NCBI GenBank assembly: GCA_963840855.1
Contig: CAWJBB010000039.1
Location: forward strand, 32,001-96,000
Direction of reading: 5' to 3'
From: an uncultured delta proteobacterium
GTDB lineage: Bacteria; Desulfobacterota; Binatia; UBA9968
Length of the DNA: 64,000 nucleotides
In this document: one piece after another, positions 1 through 10,829 of the stretch
Layout of the letters: each line of letters begins with the position of its first letter
Position numbering within the stretch: the stretch's first letter is position 1
Made by a program: the position numbers and the translations under genes
The notes under the pieces: model-generated
Told to the model about the DNA's origin: nothing
The model's input: only the letters and a program-made list of their open reading frames with translations
Database searches by the model: none

Positions 1-81
1 TTCCTTGCCCGTCAGATAGGGCCAGTTGAACGGGATCCTCTCCGTTTTTATGTTATTGGAAGCATCTTCCGGACACCGCAC
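1..81 (-). CDS. 5' end of dTDP-4-amino-4,6-dideoxygalactose transaminase (RffA/WecE-like), runs off the window
   Basis: Manual translation of the minus strand gives ...ERIPFNWPYLTGKE, matching the IPFNxPYxTGxE N-terminus of RffA-type aminotransferases; glycan-locus context; start codon uncertain. Confidence 0.6.
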   Translation of the reverse strand, partial: MRCPEDASNNIKTERIPFNWPYLTGKE

Positions 82-345
82 TTGGAGCCCCGTTATTTTG
101 TCGGATAAAATAGTTCACATACCGGAGGTTTATATCACAATCGTTAAGGCTTTGTCTGTCAGTCGGGCAAACCCTTTGATCAAGTAAGATCTGCCTGCCA
201 ATAGCCTGTACATAGATATAATCAACCGAGAGCCATCCCAGTGGAAAATTCACGCGCCTTCAAATCATGGCAACGTCGACACCTATCATTTCTCTAATAG
301 AGAGTTGTGGAGGATGCACTACGCATCATCCGAAAACCTGCGGGT

Positions 346-2541
346 TCACCGCGAACCGCATGACGAATTGAGCACGTTGGCAATATCATATACAGAAACG
401 TGGTTTGACCTAAATGATTCTGGAAAGCGGCCTGAATTCGCCGTGCTGGACATGTCATAGGTGACCAGCCACGTAATACCACGTTTGGCAAGCATTCGAA
501 ACGATCCGCAGTTGTGATTTTTGAAATCAATCGCGTTTAAGAATTCCATTCGTTCATCAGCGACGAAGGCGCGTTGTGTGCTGTGCAATTTTTGCATCGC
601 ATATTGGGCCAAAAAGATGGGTGTGTCAGCAAGGCTGGCAAATATTGTTCCCCGATCCGAAGAAGCGGATGTTGGCTCCGTCGGTAGAAGAGCTGCCACG
701 TCCGTGGGTCCTCTCCTTTCGCGGACATAGAGTGCTGCTAACACTAAGTCCTTGTCTACTGCAGTGCCATAAAACTCTCTGCTCCATCCAAAAGTAGGGA
801 TCCGTGGCGGTGTGTAGCCGATAAAAATGACGCCGACTGCAGCTCCGATGAAAGCAGTTAGCGCTAGCTTTGAAAATGCGGCGTGACTCTTAAGACGCTC
901 TGAACCAATGCGGCTTATGAAAACGACGGTCCATACCAAAAACACGACATATAAAAGTGGAAATGAACGGTGCTTAAACTCTGTAAAGTCTCCCCATGGA
1001 GTCGACGGTGTTATCAGAATCATTCCAATAAATGAAAGGATCAAAAAAACCGGGAAAGTTCCAAAACAATCTAGGCGAGAGCGAGTTTTAGATAAGCATG
1101 ACATTGCAGGGTAGATTAAGATCAGCGAACCCAAAGCCACGACCGGCACGAAAATTACTCCCAACATCGTAGCTACAAACGGCGGAGCGTTTATGGCTAT
1201 CCATTTTGCCAAATCCGAATAACCGGTGGGCTCTTGGTTGAAGTGAACGAACCTCACAAAATCCGCAGCGTGGGAATAATTAAGCCAGCTTTCTTGTGCA
1301 GGTGGCATCCATAACAGGACGAAGATCGAGATCACAGTTAATCCGCTCATCATAAGAACCAAGCTCAGACGATATTGTTTCAAGGATTGGTTTTCAAAGA
1401 CCATAGTCGCCAACAGAGCAGGCAAATACAGGAGAAAGATGTGGACTCGAAAAAAAAGAACTGCGATGGTTGTTGCTAGTGCCAAAAATAGAGCAGAACG
1501 ACTTCCTTTTGTACGCCATATATACAAAAGCGAGCACGTAGCTAGCACGATACCCAGCGCGTAACCCGTCCCCGGGGAGGTTAACAAAAGCCAATGGAAG
1601 CTAAAAAACCCATTTTTAAAGCCGTAAGTAGAAGCATCGGGAAGAAAAAGCACTAAAAAAGCGCACAGAACTCCAGTGGTTCTTGAAACTAGTAATGCAC
1701 CCCAAATGTATACCCCGCAAACCATAACAAATATGCCGTAGGGCGTGAGAAAAGCCTTGGCTAAACCTAGCGGTGGCACGTCAACGAACCCGGCGAGGAT
1801 AGAACACACGCCTAAGTATGCGTAGTGGTAAAAAGGTATGGATTCACCGGCAAGGAGTACCGAGCCCGTACCAGCGGAGAAAACGCTACCAAGTTGGGAA
1901 ATTTCTGTGGCATGAATATAGTAGTCGGTCCAGGCGTGCAAAGTATATGCAGTCTTGAGTACTGGAAGCGTGCGCGCTACATCAGCCGACCATGAAGCCA
2001 CGATGGCAAATAGGAGAGGGGGAATGCATAAATCGACAATGCCGTCGCTGGCTGCGATCTCTTTCGGTTCATTCACGAAAAATCTGTTAATACAAAAAAA
2101 ACAGATGATAGCCAACGGGGTATAAACCTTGACTACTGTGAGTGCCGGGGTCTTAAAAAGGATCCCCGATGCCGCTACTAGACTGACCAATACAGTCCCG
2201 AGTATCAATGTGAGTGGGATGCGCGTTGAAGTGTTAGGCAACTTAAAGAGCCTAAAAACCATCTCACCTGTTATCCACAAGACTAATCCTACTAAGAAAA
2301 TGTTTACCGCTGAACGCCAATTAATTTCCCCACCGGCAGTAAGAAGTAAGTAAAGTACAAACGAAGTAAAACTTAGGGCGCTAACAAGCCCTTCAAATAT
2401 TTGTACTCTTGAAATGAGTCTTGAGGCGATTAGCGACGACATGATCTTCTTTTTAATAACAGTTTGATCGGGAGTCCATGGGTGGAAAACTGAAAGCGGT
2501 TCTCTTTGTAAACGAGGCGGCAGCAGGTTCATACATAACAC
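346..2541 (-). CDS. Large polytopic membrane protein, possible GT-C-fold glycosyltransferase or polymerase
   Basis: 731-aa ORF with many hydrophobic helices, a loop motif WTDYYIH...PFYHY and a soluble C-terminal tail; AT-rich; true start may be near 2442. Confidence 0.6.
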   Translation of the reverse strand: MLCMNLLPPRLQREPLSVFHPWTPDQTVIKKKIMSSLIASRLISRVQIFEGLVSALSFTSFVLYLLLTAGGEINWRSAVNIFLVGLVLWITGEMVFRLFKLPNTSTRIPLTLILGTVLVSLVAASGILFKTPALTVVKVYTPLAIICFFCINRFFVNEPKEIAASDGIVDLCIPPLLFAIVASWSADVARTLPVLKTAYTLHAWTDYYIHATEISQLGSVFSAGTGSVLLAGESIPFYHYAYLGVCSILAGFVDVPPLGLAKAFLTPYGIFVMVCGVYIWGALLVSRTTGVLCAFLVLFLPDASTYGFKNGFFSFHWLLLTSPGTGYALGIVLATCSLLYIWRTKGSRSALFLALATTIAVLFFRVHIFLLYLPALLATMVFENQSLKQYRLSLVLMMSGLTVISIFVLLWMPPAQESWLNYSHAADFVRFVHFNQEPTGYSDLAKWIAINAPPFVATMLGVIFVPVVALGSLILIYPAMSCLSKTRSRLDCFGTFPVFLILSFIGMILITPSTPWGDFTEFKHRSFPLLYVVFLVWTVVFISRIGSERLKSHAAFSKLALTAFIGAAVGVIFIGYTPPRIPTFGWSREFYGTAVDKDLVLAALYVRERRGPTDVAALLPTEPTSASSDRGTIFASLADTPIFLAQYAMQKLHSTQRAFVADERMEFLNAIDFKNHNCGSFRMLAKRGITWLVTYDMSSTANSGRFPESFRSNHVSVYDIANVLNSSCGSR

Positions 2542-3030
2542 TCTTTACCATCTTCACTGCGTCCGTTCCCGAGCCGACTGATTTGCGTTGTCGAACTCAT
2601 CAACTCTAAACGCAACTAACCTAACGTGCCAATCGAGGCTTTTCGCTGGGTTGGTAAGAACGACACCGCCAAGCTTGATTCACCAGGAATCGGTGCTTAA
2701 GAAGGTTTAACCCTTATGGCTCGTAGGGCTTAAACAGCCATGCGGTGGATCCACGGATAACTGCGCTATGGTTCTTGTCTTCAGTCTTCAGAATTCACCC
2801 TTGCCCAATTAATCCTAACAAAGCACGAGTGTAAAATAGTTGGATGGGTGCTGTTCGATTGTCTATTGCGGTTTTAGAGTCACGGAGACTAACGAACAGG
2901 CATGGCGTTTCTTCGGCCTCAGTCAGTTGACACAGTGGCCTCAAAACCTAACCATAGGGCAAACATTGCGCTGATCGCATTGATCTCTTCAGTTGAGATG
3001 AATAGCTTCACATAGCGTTATCAAGAACGT

Positions 3031-5092
3031 TCACCACAAAATCGCCATGAATAGTTGAATTCCGTGGTTTGCGCTTTGAAGCGGTACGTCCTGAGCCAGT
3101 CCGCCCCAAACCACTGTCGTCTGTCCTCCATCAGAGGAGCGCAAGATAAACCATACGCCATTGCGGTACACTGCTAGATCAGTTCTTCCGTCCCTATCAT
3201 AGTCCGCTGGCACCGGCATGTCCTGTGGCAGGCCGCCCCAACCTGTTACGGTAAAACCACCGTCTGAGGACCGTATGATAAACCACGTCCCGGCTCGGTA
3301 CACCGCCACGTCTGCCTTCCCGTCCCCATCGTAGTCTCCTGGCACCACGATGTCCTGCGGTAACCCGCCCCAGCCCACCGCCGTCTGTAGACCGTCGAAA
3401 GACCGTCGTATGAGCCACAAACCGCCTCGATAGATCGCTATGTCCGCTCTTCCGTCCCCATCATAGTCCGCCGGCACCGGTTTGTCCTGGGCCAATCCTC
3501 CCCAACCTGTTACGGTAAAACCACTGTCCGAGGATCGTATGATAAACCAGGTCCCATTCCGATAGACCACCACATCTGCCCTCCCGTCCCCATCGTAGTC
3601 TCCTGGCACGGGTATGTCCGTCAAAAGTCCTCCCCAGCTTGTCACTGTCACTCCTCCATCCGAAGAACGGATGATATACCAGGCCCCATCCCGATACACC
3701 GCAATGTCCACCTCACCATCCCCATCATAGTCTGCGGGCACAGGAATATCCTGCGGCAATCCTCCCCAACCCGCCACTGTCACCCCTCCATCCGAAGAGC
3801 GAAGGATAAACCAGGCACCGTCGCGGTAGACTGTAATATCACTCCCTGCATCACCATCAAAATCAACGGGAATTGGCTGACCCGAGATTACGAAGATCTT
3901 GCCCAGACCGAACGAAAGGACGTAAAGCAAACCATCCGGCCCAACTTTGAGATCTGTGATCCCACCAAATCCTGTGCCCAACAGAACTTCTTGAAACTCC
4001 GCGTTGCTATCGGCCACCAAATCTGACAGTTCCAAGCTGGCAAAATCAAAACCGTTCCGCGTCGCGTTGACCCGAAACCGATACAAGTTCCCGTTAATTA
4101 TGTCTCCCACAAACACATCATTTCGGTACTCTGCACCTAACCTTGCAGAGTTCATAAACGCGATTGCGGTTGGTCCCACGGGATTTAACCACGAAAACTT
4201 CGGGTCATGCATAGTGAGACCCGGGAAAGAAAACCAAATTTCCAAGACCTTCCGGGTCACGGCTGTCTGGGCCCATGATCTGTTCCCATCCGCTATTGAA
4301 GCCTGGCAGAACGACGTTGATCTCATCGTAACTGTTCGGACCGTTCTCGGTATCCCAAAGTTCGCCGGTGACTGGATCAAAGGCCAGGCCAAAACTGTTT
4401 CGAACCCCATAGGCATAATATCTTGCTAGATTTCCGCCCAGGGAAAAGAATGGGTTATCGCTTGGCGCGCTGCCATCGTCATTGACCCGAAAAATCACAC
4501 CGGTGTTGTCTGGTGCCGGACCACCTGAAAAGTTTTGCAACTGGCCATTTCGGTTCAATTCACCGATCACAACATACAGCTTGCCATCAGGGCCAAAGGT
4601 CATCGTTCCACCGTTATGGTTCGGGCCAGGCGTTACGGGCAAATCCAAAATCAAACTCGGACTGACCAAAGCGCTCCCATTCCACGAATAGCGATAGAGG
4701 CGGTTTGCCAGCGCAGCGGCAGAGCCGGACGTATCGTTGGAGGTGTCGCTCTGGGTGAAGTAGAGGTAGACAAATGGTGCGGATGGGAAGTTTGGATGTA
4801 TAGCAATACCCAGAAGTCCTCGCTCCGAAGCGTTATTGACGGCTACATCTAATACATGACCGGGCTGAAGCACCCCGTTGATGACCCGCCGAACCCTCCC
4901 GTCTGCCTTCTGTAAGACGAGGATGTCGCCAAGACCGATAAATGCCATTGCCGTGGGTTGACTCAACCCGGAAACTAATTCCTTAAGATGAAGTTTAGGG
5001 TCTTTCAGAGACTGTGCTCCTAAAAGAATGGAGCTGGCCACAAAGAACAAGATGCCGATAAGCGATGAGATAACTAACCTACTTGGTTTCAT
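3031..5092 (-). CDS. Secreted PQQ-dependent sugar (glucose/sorbosone) dehydrogenase with six C-terminal FG-GAP-like repeats; one frameshift near 4209
   Basis: Signal peptide MKPSRLVISSLIGILFF; GSDH motifs ERGLLGIAIHP, NHNGG, YAYGVRNSFG, ENGPNSYDEIN, NSGW; the two ORFs (4205..5320 and 3031..4416) join as ..SHYA/DPKF.. if one extra T is removed. Confidence 0.85.
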
Positions 5093-5367
5093 GAGAACGC
5101 CAAATCCAGAGGAGCACGCAACTATCTCTAACAAGTCAGCTACCGCTCTCCCGCCACTCCTACGCCGCCAGCTATCCCAAACCCCACACAGATACAGAAC
5201 ACCACGACTAAAATGCACCTCAGCTGCAATTCTTGGCTGGAAAACAAGAAGAATTCTCCTATCAATTAGACCGCCGCTTTCAAGACTTTCGAGGAAGGAA
5301 ATGGAGGTTATTGGGTTCACGATTTCCTATCTGCTGCGATAACCACAAATCTCATTTTGAATAAAGC

Positions 5368-6117
5368 TTACGTAGCGCATAATAGCGCATGGTACCGGTC
5401 GATAGCCTCGTCGGTCTTTCCCAGAAAAACTACCGAACCAGAATCCAATACGCAGGCCCGATCACAAATTCTTTTTACGTCCTCCGGGGCGTGCGAAACG
5501 AACACAATGGTTTTCCCGGCACTGCGAAACTGCTCCATCCGCGCCATACATTTCCTTTGAAAGGCCTCATCTCCCACCGCTAAAATTTCATCTACGAGAA
5601 GAATATTAGGATCCAGATTGACAGCGAGAGCGAAACCCAGTCGGGCCTGCATCCCGGACGAGTAGTTCTTTACAGACGTGTCCATGAAGCTGTGGAGCTC
5701 AGAAAATGCGACGACTTCGGGGTAAATTTTATCTATCTCCTTGCGGTTAAGACCATAGATCGATGCTCCTAAATAGATGTTTTCCTCCCCGGTTAATTCG
5801 GGATGAAAGCCAACACCTAGTTCGATCATGGTACCCACCCGAGCATTGGATAAACGCACCTGCCCAGAAGTCGGTGGATAGATTCCCGCGATGATTTTCA
5901 AGAGCGTGCTCTTCCCCGAACCATTTCTCCCGATGACACCGAGGGCTTCCCCCGGGCGTATCTCAAAAGTCACTCCCTTCAACGCCCAAAGGGTTTCTCG
6001 CTCTTCGCGAAAACGCTTATGAAAAATCCCGATAACCTGCGACTTCAATGAATTATTTCGGTTATGCCGGATAATAAAGGCCTTTGAGACATTGGTGATT
6101 TCAATTCCCGTCGACAA
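5368..6117 (-). CDS. wzt: Wzt-type polysaccharide ABC exporter ATPase (short, no C-terminal carbohydrate-binding domain)
   Basis: GRNGSGKS Walker A, YSSGM signature, LLVDE Walker B; TTG start with GAGG upstream. Confidence 0.9.
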   Translation of the reverse strand: MSTGIEITNVSKAFIIRHNRNNSLKSQVIGIFHKRFREERETLWALKGVTFEIRPGEALGVIGRNGSGKSTLLKIIAGIYPPTSGQVRLSNARVGTMIELGVGFHPELTGEENIYLGASIYGLNRKEIDKIYPEVVAFSELHSFMDTSVKNYSSGMQARLGFALAVNLDPNILLVDEILAVGDEAFQRKCMARMEQFRSAGKTIVFVSHAPEDVKRICDRACVLDSGSVVFLGKTDEAIDRYHALLCAT

Positions 6118-6121
6118 GGAA

Positions 6122-6889
6122 TTAAACCTCTTCCGCAAATCGGGTTTTCAGACGCACGAAAAGGGCATAGCCCGTTACAACCATCAAAACAGTCAGCATT
6201 GTGAGGACTGCAACTTCTTGAAAGGAAGGAAAAGAATTGTGGTAAAGCACCTTCTGATACCCCAGCGTGAAAAACGAAATAGGATTCAAGTAAATCACCG
6301 ATTGCAGAGCCGAGGTTATCGATCGTATGTCATAAATAATCGGGGTAAGCCAAAAAAGCAGCATCAATAGGATCTCCGTGAAATGGCGCACATCTCTATA
6401 AAATACCGTTGCGGCAGCAACGACAAAGCACGCCCCCAGGGTAAAAAGCACGTGAAGCGCTAAAATCGGGAAAAAAGCCAACCAGGACCACGAGGGTAAG
6501 ACCCCAAAAAAAACAAACGCCAAGGGAAAAAGCACGACGAGAGCGAGGAGATACTGAGCCAAGTTAAACAACACGGTTGCCACGGGGAAAACTTCCATTG
6601 GAACCGCGACCTTTCTGATCAAGTTACTGTTATCAAGAATAGCTCCCGTCGACATCATCAAAGATTGCGCAAAAAAATTCCACGCCAGGATGCCGATCAT
6701 GAGGAAATAAGTAAACCGCTCTACACCAACCCGTATTAGATGGCCAAAGACGAAGCTATAAACAGAAATAACCAAGACGGGATTCGCCAGCGACCAGAGA
6801 AACCCGAAAGTGGAGTCTCGGTATTTAAGCTTTAATTCCTTGAAGACCAAGTTGCGAATCAACTCACGATATCGAAAAAGAGAGTTCAT
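6122..6889 (-). CDS. wzm: Wzm-type ABC-2 permease
   Basis: KYRDSTFGFLWSLANP, YRDVRH, TPIIY, LNP motifs; adjacent to wzt. Confidence 0.9.
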   Translation of the reverse strand: MNSLFRYRELIRNLVFKELKLKYRDSTFGFLWSLANPVLVISVYSFVFGHLIRVGVERFTYFLMIGILAWNFFAQSLMMSTGAILDNSNLIRKVAVPMEVFPVATVLFNLAQYLLALVVLFPLAFVFFGVLPSWSWLAFFPILALHVLFTLGACFVVAAATVFYRDVRHFTEILLMLLFWLTPIIYDIRSITSALQSVIYLNPISFFTLGYQKVLYHNSFPSFQEVAVLTMLTVLMVVTGYALFVRLKTRFAEEV

Positions 6890-6999
6890 GTCTCGTCACC
6901 CGGCACTGCTAGTCTCGATGAAACGGTCATGGCAACCGGTTTAATCTTTAACCGCCGGCTGCCTGCGCGACTCAAAAGGAAAAATTGTGAAGGGAAGCC

Positions 7000-7132
7000 A
7001 CTAAGGAGTTCATCGGTTGGTAGACATACGACAACCAAGGGGCGAGTCGAGCGCGGGCACCCGAACTTAAAACAAGCGTTCAGGCGCCGGCCGTCGCAAT
7101 AACCACGCCCGGAGTGAATCGAGAGGTGGGCC
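7000..7132 (+). mobile_element. Possible orphan IS110-family non-coding end (no transposase follows)
   Basis: Sequence ACTAAGGAGTTCATCGG...GAACTTAAAACAAGCGTTCAGG...ATAACCACG...GAGGTGGGCC resembles, from memory, leaders of IS110 transposases; ends in an RBS with no ATG or ORF; unverified. Confidence 0.35.
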
Positions 7133-7762
7133 GATAAGGCTCAGATCTATCGCCCGCGCTTGGACGGGCTTGTCCCTTGGATTTTGGGGAACCAAAGTTG
7201 TCTAGATCTTATGAACTCCTTAATAATTCTTAGCAGGCTGCTGAACCCTCCGTTCACCTTCGAATATCTCAGTATGATAGGAGGAGCGGTTGAAATGATT
7301 GAATTTCCTCTCTTCACGCTGAGACCCTCAACGCACGAGAGCCATTTTTCAGCAGCTCCCCGGGAGAGTCATGTTTGAGCCTCTCTTAAAACAATATCGG
7401 AACTTCAATTGCGTATGGTCCTCTACTCTTTTGCATAAACTTGTGGCCAACACAAGAGCGATGCATCTGGCTTATCCGGAGATCGCTGGTAAACAGTAAA
7501 CACTTGGTACGCAAACATCGCGCTCCAGACGTTTTGGTGCTCGTACGACGAAGGCGCCCCGATTAAATACGAAACCTCGCCGTCCCTTCCAATGAAACCG
7601 ATCAAAGCATCCGCCATCCTCTTTAAAGCAGGGTGCCAATCCGAGAGTCACAATAGACCACGGTTTTCATAGAAGCATCCTGCGCGAAGCGCTTGGGCTA
7701 CAACGTCCGAGCGCGTGTTAGGTAATGTCAACCATCAGACGATAAGTTAGATTTCTGATACG

Positions 7763-9707
7763 TTAGTTGATCGGCACATTCCCAGCCGTACCCCAACCCA
7801 CGAACTGACTGCCTCCGCTCGAATTCAAGATAAACCAGGCCCCGTCTCTAAACACCGCCACGTCCGTCTTGCCATCCCCGTCATAGTCGGCTGGCACTGG
7901 TATATCCTGCGCCGCTCCACCCCAACCCACTGCCTGTATCCCCCCGCTCGAATTGTTGATAAACCAGACCCCGTCTCTATACACCGCTACATCCGTCTTA
8001 CCATCCCCGTCATAGTCCCCGGGCACCGGCACATCTCCTGCCGTACCCCAACCCACGAACTGACTGCCTCCGCTCGAATTCAAGATAAACCAGACACCGT
8101 CACGGAAGACCGCTACATCCGTCTTACCATCCCCGTCATAGTCCGCCGGCACCGGTTTATCCTGTGCCACTCCGCCCCAACCCACTACCTGTCACTCCCG
8201 CCGCTCGAATTGTATGATAAACCAGATCCCGTCTGCGATACACCGCTACATCCGTCTTACCATCCCCGTCATAGTCCCCGGGCACCGGCACATCTCCTGC
8301 CGTACCCCAACCCACGAACTGACTGCCTCCGCTCGAATTCAAGATAAACCAGACACCGTCACGGAAGACCGCTACATCACTCTTCCCATCCCCATCGTAG
8401 TCAGCTTGCACTGGAACGTCTTGGGCTGCTCCGCCCCATCCGACCACCGTGACTTCCGCCATTTGAGTTCAGAATGAACCATGCGCCGTTGCGGTATACC
8501 CCTACGTCGCTTTTGGCGTCACCGTCAAAATCCACCGGAACTGCTCCAGTAATTGGCGTGTATAACTCCGCGGACGCCAGTTCTACCCCCGCGGCGTTAA
8601 CGCCGCCGGCGAAGAGAGCTTGCCCGTTTGGCAGGTTTGTCGCGGATGGTTCCTCCCTGGCCGTGGCAAGACTTCCCGTGGCGGAAAATGTCCCGGTCAA
8701 GTGATTGAATAGCTCCGCTGTAGCGGTCACAGAACTGGCTGAACTTGAAGTCCGCCCCCCAGCGCTTAGAACCTGCCCATTAGCCAATAACAACGCCCGG
8801 CTTCCAATGCGTCCCGTCAGCGGGTTACCCGTTGCCGAAAAAATGCCCGTGGCGGGATCGTAGATTTCCGCGGACGCGATCGGGTTGTTAGCCCCATCGT
8901 CACCGCCTAAGACCAGGACTTTGCCGTTCGGCAGCCCGATTAGGAATGGACGGTTGCGCGCCGCCAGCATATTGCCCGTCGCGGCAAAGGTGTTCGTGGT
9001 CGGGTCATATAATTCCGCTGTATTGAGAACCGTATTACCGGCGCCGCCGATGCCGCCGACGATCAGCACTCGGCCATCCGGCAAGAGTGTTTGCAGATGA
9101 CTACGCCGGCTACTGACCATAGTTCCGGCAGTAAAGGTAAAGGTCCCCGCCGCAGGATCGTAGAGCTCGGCATTATTGAGAGTACCGTTGCTGGTGTCTG
9201 TCGTCCCGCCCTGGCCGCCGGTAATCAAGACGTTTCCATTAGCCAGGGTCGTGGCGCGGTGTAAACGGCGAAATCGCTGCATGCTGCCCGTGGCCGAGAA
9301 GGTCCCCGATCACCGGATCGAACAACTCCGCCGTATTGAGCACGTTGGTGGACGCATTGGGGCGCCCGCCGGTGACCAGGACCTTTCCCGTCAACAACAC
9401 CACGTTTCTATGTTGCCACCGGGCGGTCGACATGCTTCCCGTCGAGGAAAACGTGCCGGTGGTGTGATCGTACAGTTCCGCTGACGCCAGTGGATTACCC
9501 GCGTTATTGAGTCCGCCGCTCATCAGCACTCTGCCGTCGGCGAGCAAGTTCTGGTGATGATTGCTTCGGGCCGTGATCATGTTTCCGGTCGACTGCCAAG
9601 TCCCGGAAGCGCTGGCGTCGTTACTGAACCAGGGTCCACCCTAGGCATCCGAACAGCGCTATAAACGCTATACGAAACAATAATTTAGAAGACTTAATCG
9701 GTCGCAT
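7763..9707 (-). CDS. Secreted seven-repeat Kelch (galactose-oxidase central domain-like) protein with six FG-GAP-like repeats; about five frameshifts
   Basis: AAGGAG RBS then MRPIKSSKLLFRIAF signal; seven TGxMxxAR..LLxxGxVLxxGG..AELYDP repeats across ORFs 9239..9580 and 8401..9282; repeats in 8157..8462 and 7763..8185 ending NVPIN*. Confidence 0.8.
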
Positions 9708-9790
9708 ATATATACACTCCTTTTAGTTAGCGGCAACACGTTTGGCCGTTATAAACAAACTAACGTTTTATAATATGCGGGGACGATCAT

Positions 9791-9817
9791 GTCTACATAC
9801 CCAAATGGATAGTAGAC
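9791..9817. promoter_or_regulatory. Imperfect palindrome, candidate operator or terminator upstream of the Kelch gene
   Basis: GTCTAC-ATACCCAAATGGATA-GTAGAC between the regulator stop and the Kelch start. Confidence 0.3.
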
Positions 9818-9823
9818 CTTCGG

Positions 9824-10498
9824 CTATCTTGACGTGAAGGTGAAAGTCGGGGGGTCCGGGCTACCCGTAACAGTGGTCGCGATCAAACGCGCAAGCTCAA
9901 GACGCGTCGACAGATTGAATTTTCGAAACATGGCGCCTAGATGGGCTTTGACGGCGGCCTCGCTGATATTGAGCCGGTTGGCGATGTCTTTGTTGCGGGC
10001 GGCTTCAACCACCAAAGCCGCTATCTGCCGCTGGCGGGGGCTCAATTTGTCGAGGCTCATTCTTGCCTCGGGAGGAGGCTTTCTATGATTGTCGGCGGAA
10101 ACCACTTTGTCGATCAGCTCGGAAATGATTTGTCGCCCGGCCCAAAACTCACCGCGAGTAACCGCCTTAATCGCTTTCTGGAGCAGAGTACCGCTGATAC
10201 TGTGGCTGCAGTATCCCTTGGCGCCGGCCTTTAGAATAGCGATCCCCTCGTTCGAGCTATGCGCCCCGGACAGGACTATGACTTTGGTTGCCGGGCTCAA
10301 CCGTTGGATGCTCGGCAATTCTCTAGCCGGACGAAGACGAGGTAAGCCGACGTCGAGAAGAAGCACGCCTGGTTTAAGGCCGCACAAAGACTCTTCAAGC
10401 GCTGATTTCTCGGTGACTACGCACGAAACGTATTTGCCACGCAGCGCACGGGTCAAGCGCATCGCGAGCTTTGGGTTGTTGCTGGCAATCAGGATCAT
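9824..10498 (-). CDS. NarL/LuxR-family response regulator (atypical receiver plus HTH)
   Basis: LLLDVGLP, VIVLSG, GAKGY in the receiver; LSPRQRQIA..NKDIANRLNISEAAVKAHL HTH. Confidence 0.9.
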   Translation of the reverse strand: MILIASNNPKLAMRLTRALRGKYVSCVVTEKSALEESLCGLKPGVLLLDVGLPRLRPARELPSIQRLSPATKVIVLSGAHSSNEGIAILKAGAKGYCSHSISGTLLQKAIKAVTRGEFWAGRQIISELIDKVVSADNHRKPPPEARMSLDKLSPRQRQIAALVVEAARNKDIANRLNISEAAVKAHLGAMFRKFNLSTRLELARLIATTVTGSPDPPTFTFTSR

Positions 10499-10829
10499 CG
10501 AATTTCGGCCAAGGGGGAATTTCCGCGACAGCTCAACGTCAACTTGAAACAGGAAAACCAAGGCCGACGGACGCTCTCCCGTTAGGGATTTTGTGTAGTG
10601 GCCGATGACCGAAGTCTCGACGTCCATTGAGGACGCCTTGGATAAGGCATTTTAACAGCAACCAGTGGCAGAAGCTATCAGTCCACTATAAGAGCGCAGC
10701 GCCACGCATTGGTTCTTTATGCGATACTGGTCAAATAAACGATCGGAATAAGCCCCTGGGTGGTTTGACTTGGAAATCTCGAATGGATCCTTTGTCTCTC
10801 CTCGTCCTTTTCCCTTGTTGGCATCACGG

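Noticed and set aside
7423-7640. 64-aa ORF with RBS and a sigma54-like TGGCAC
   Set aside because: The -12 element is TTTA rather than TTGC and the peptide has no recognisable features
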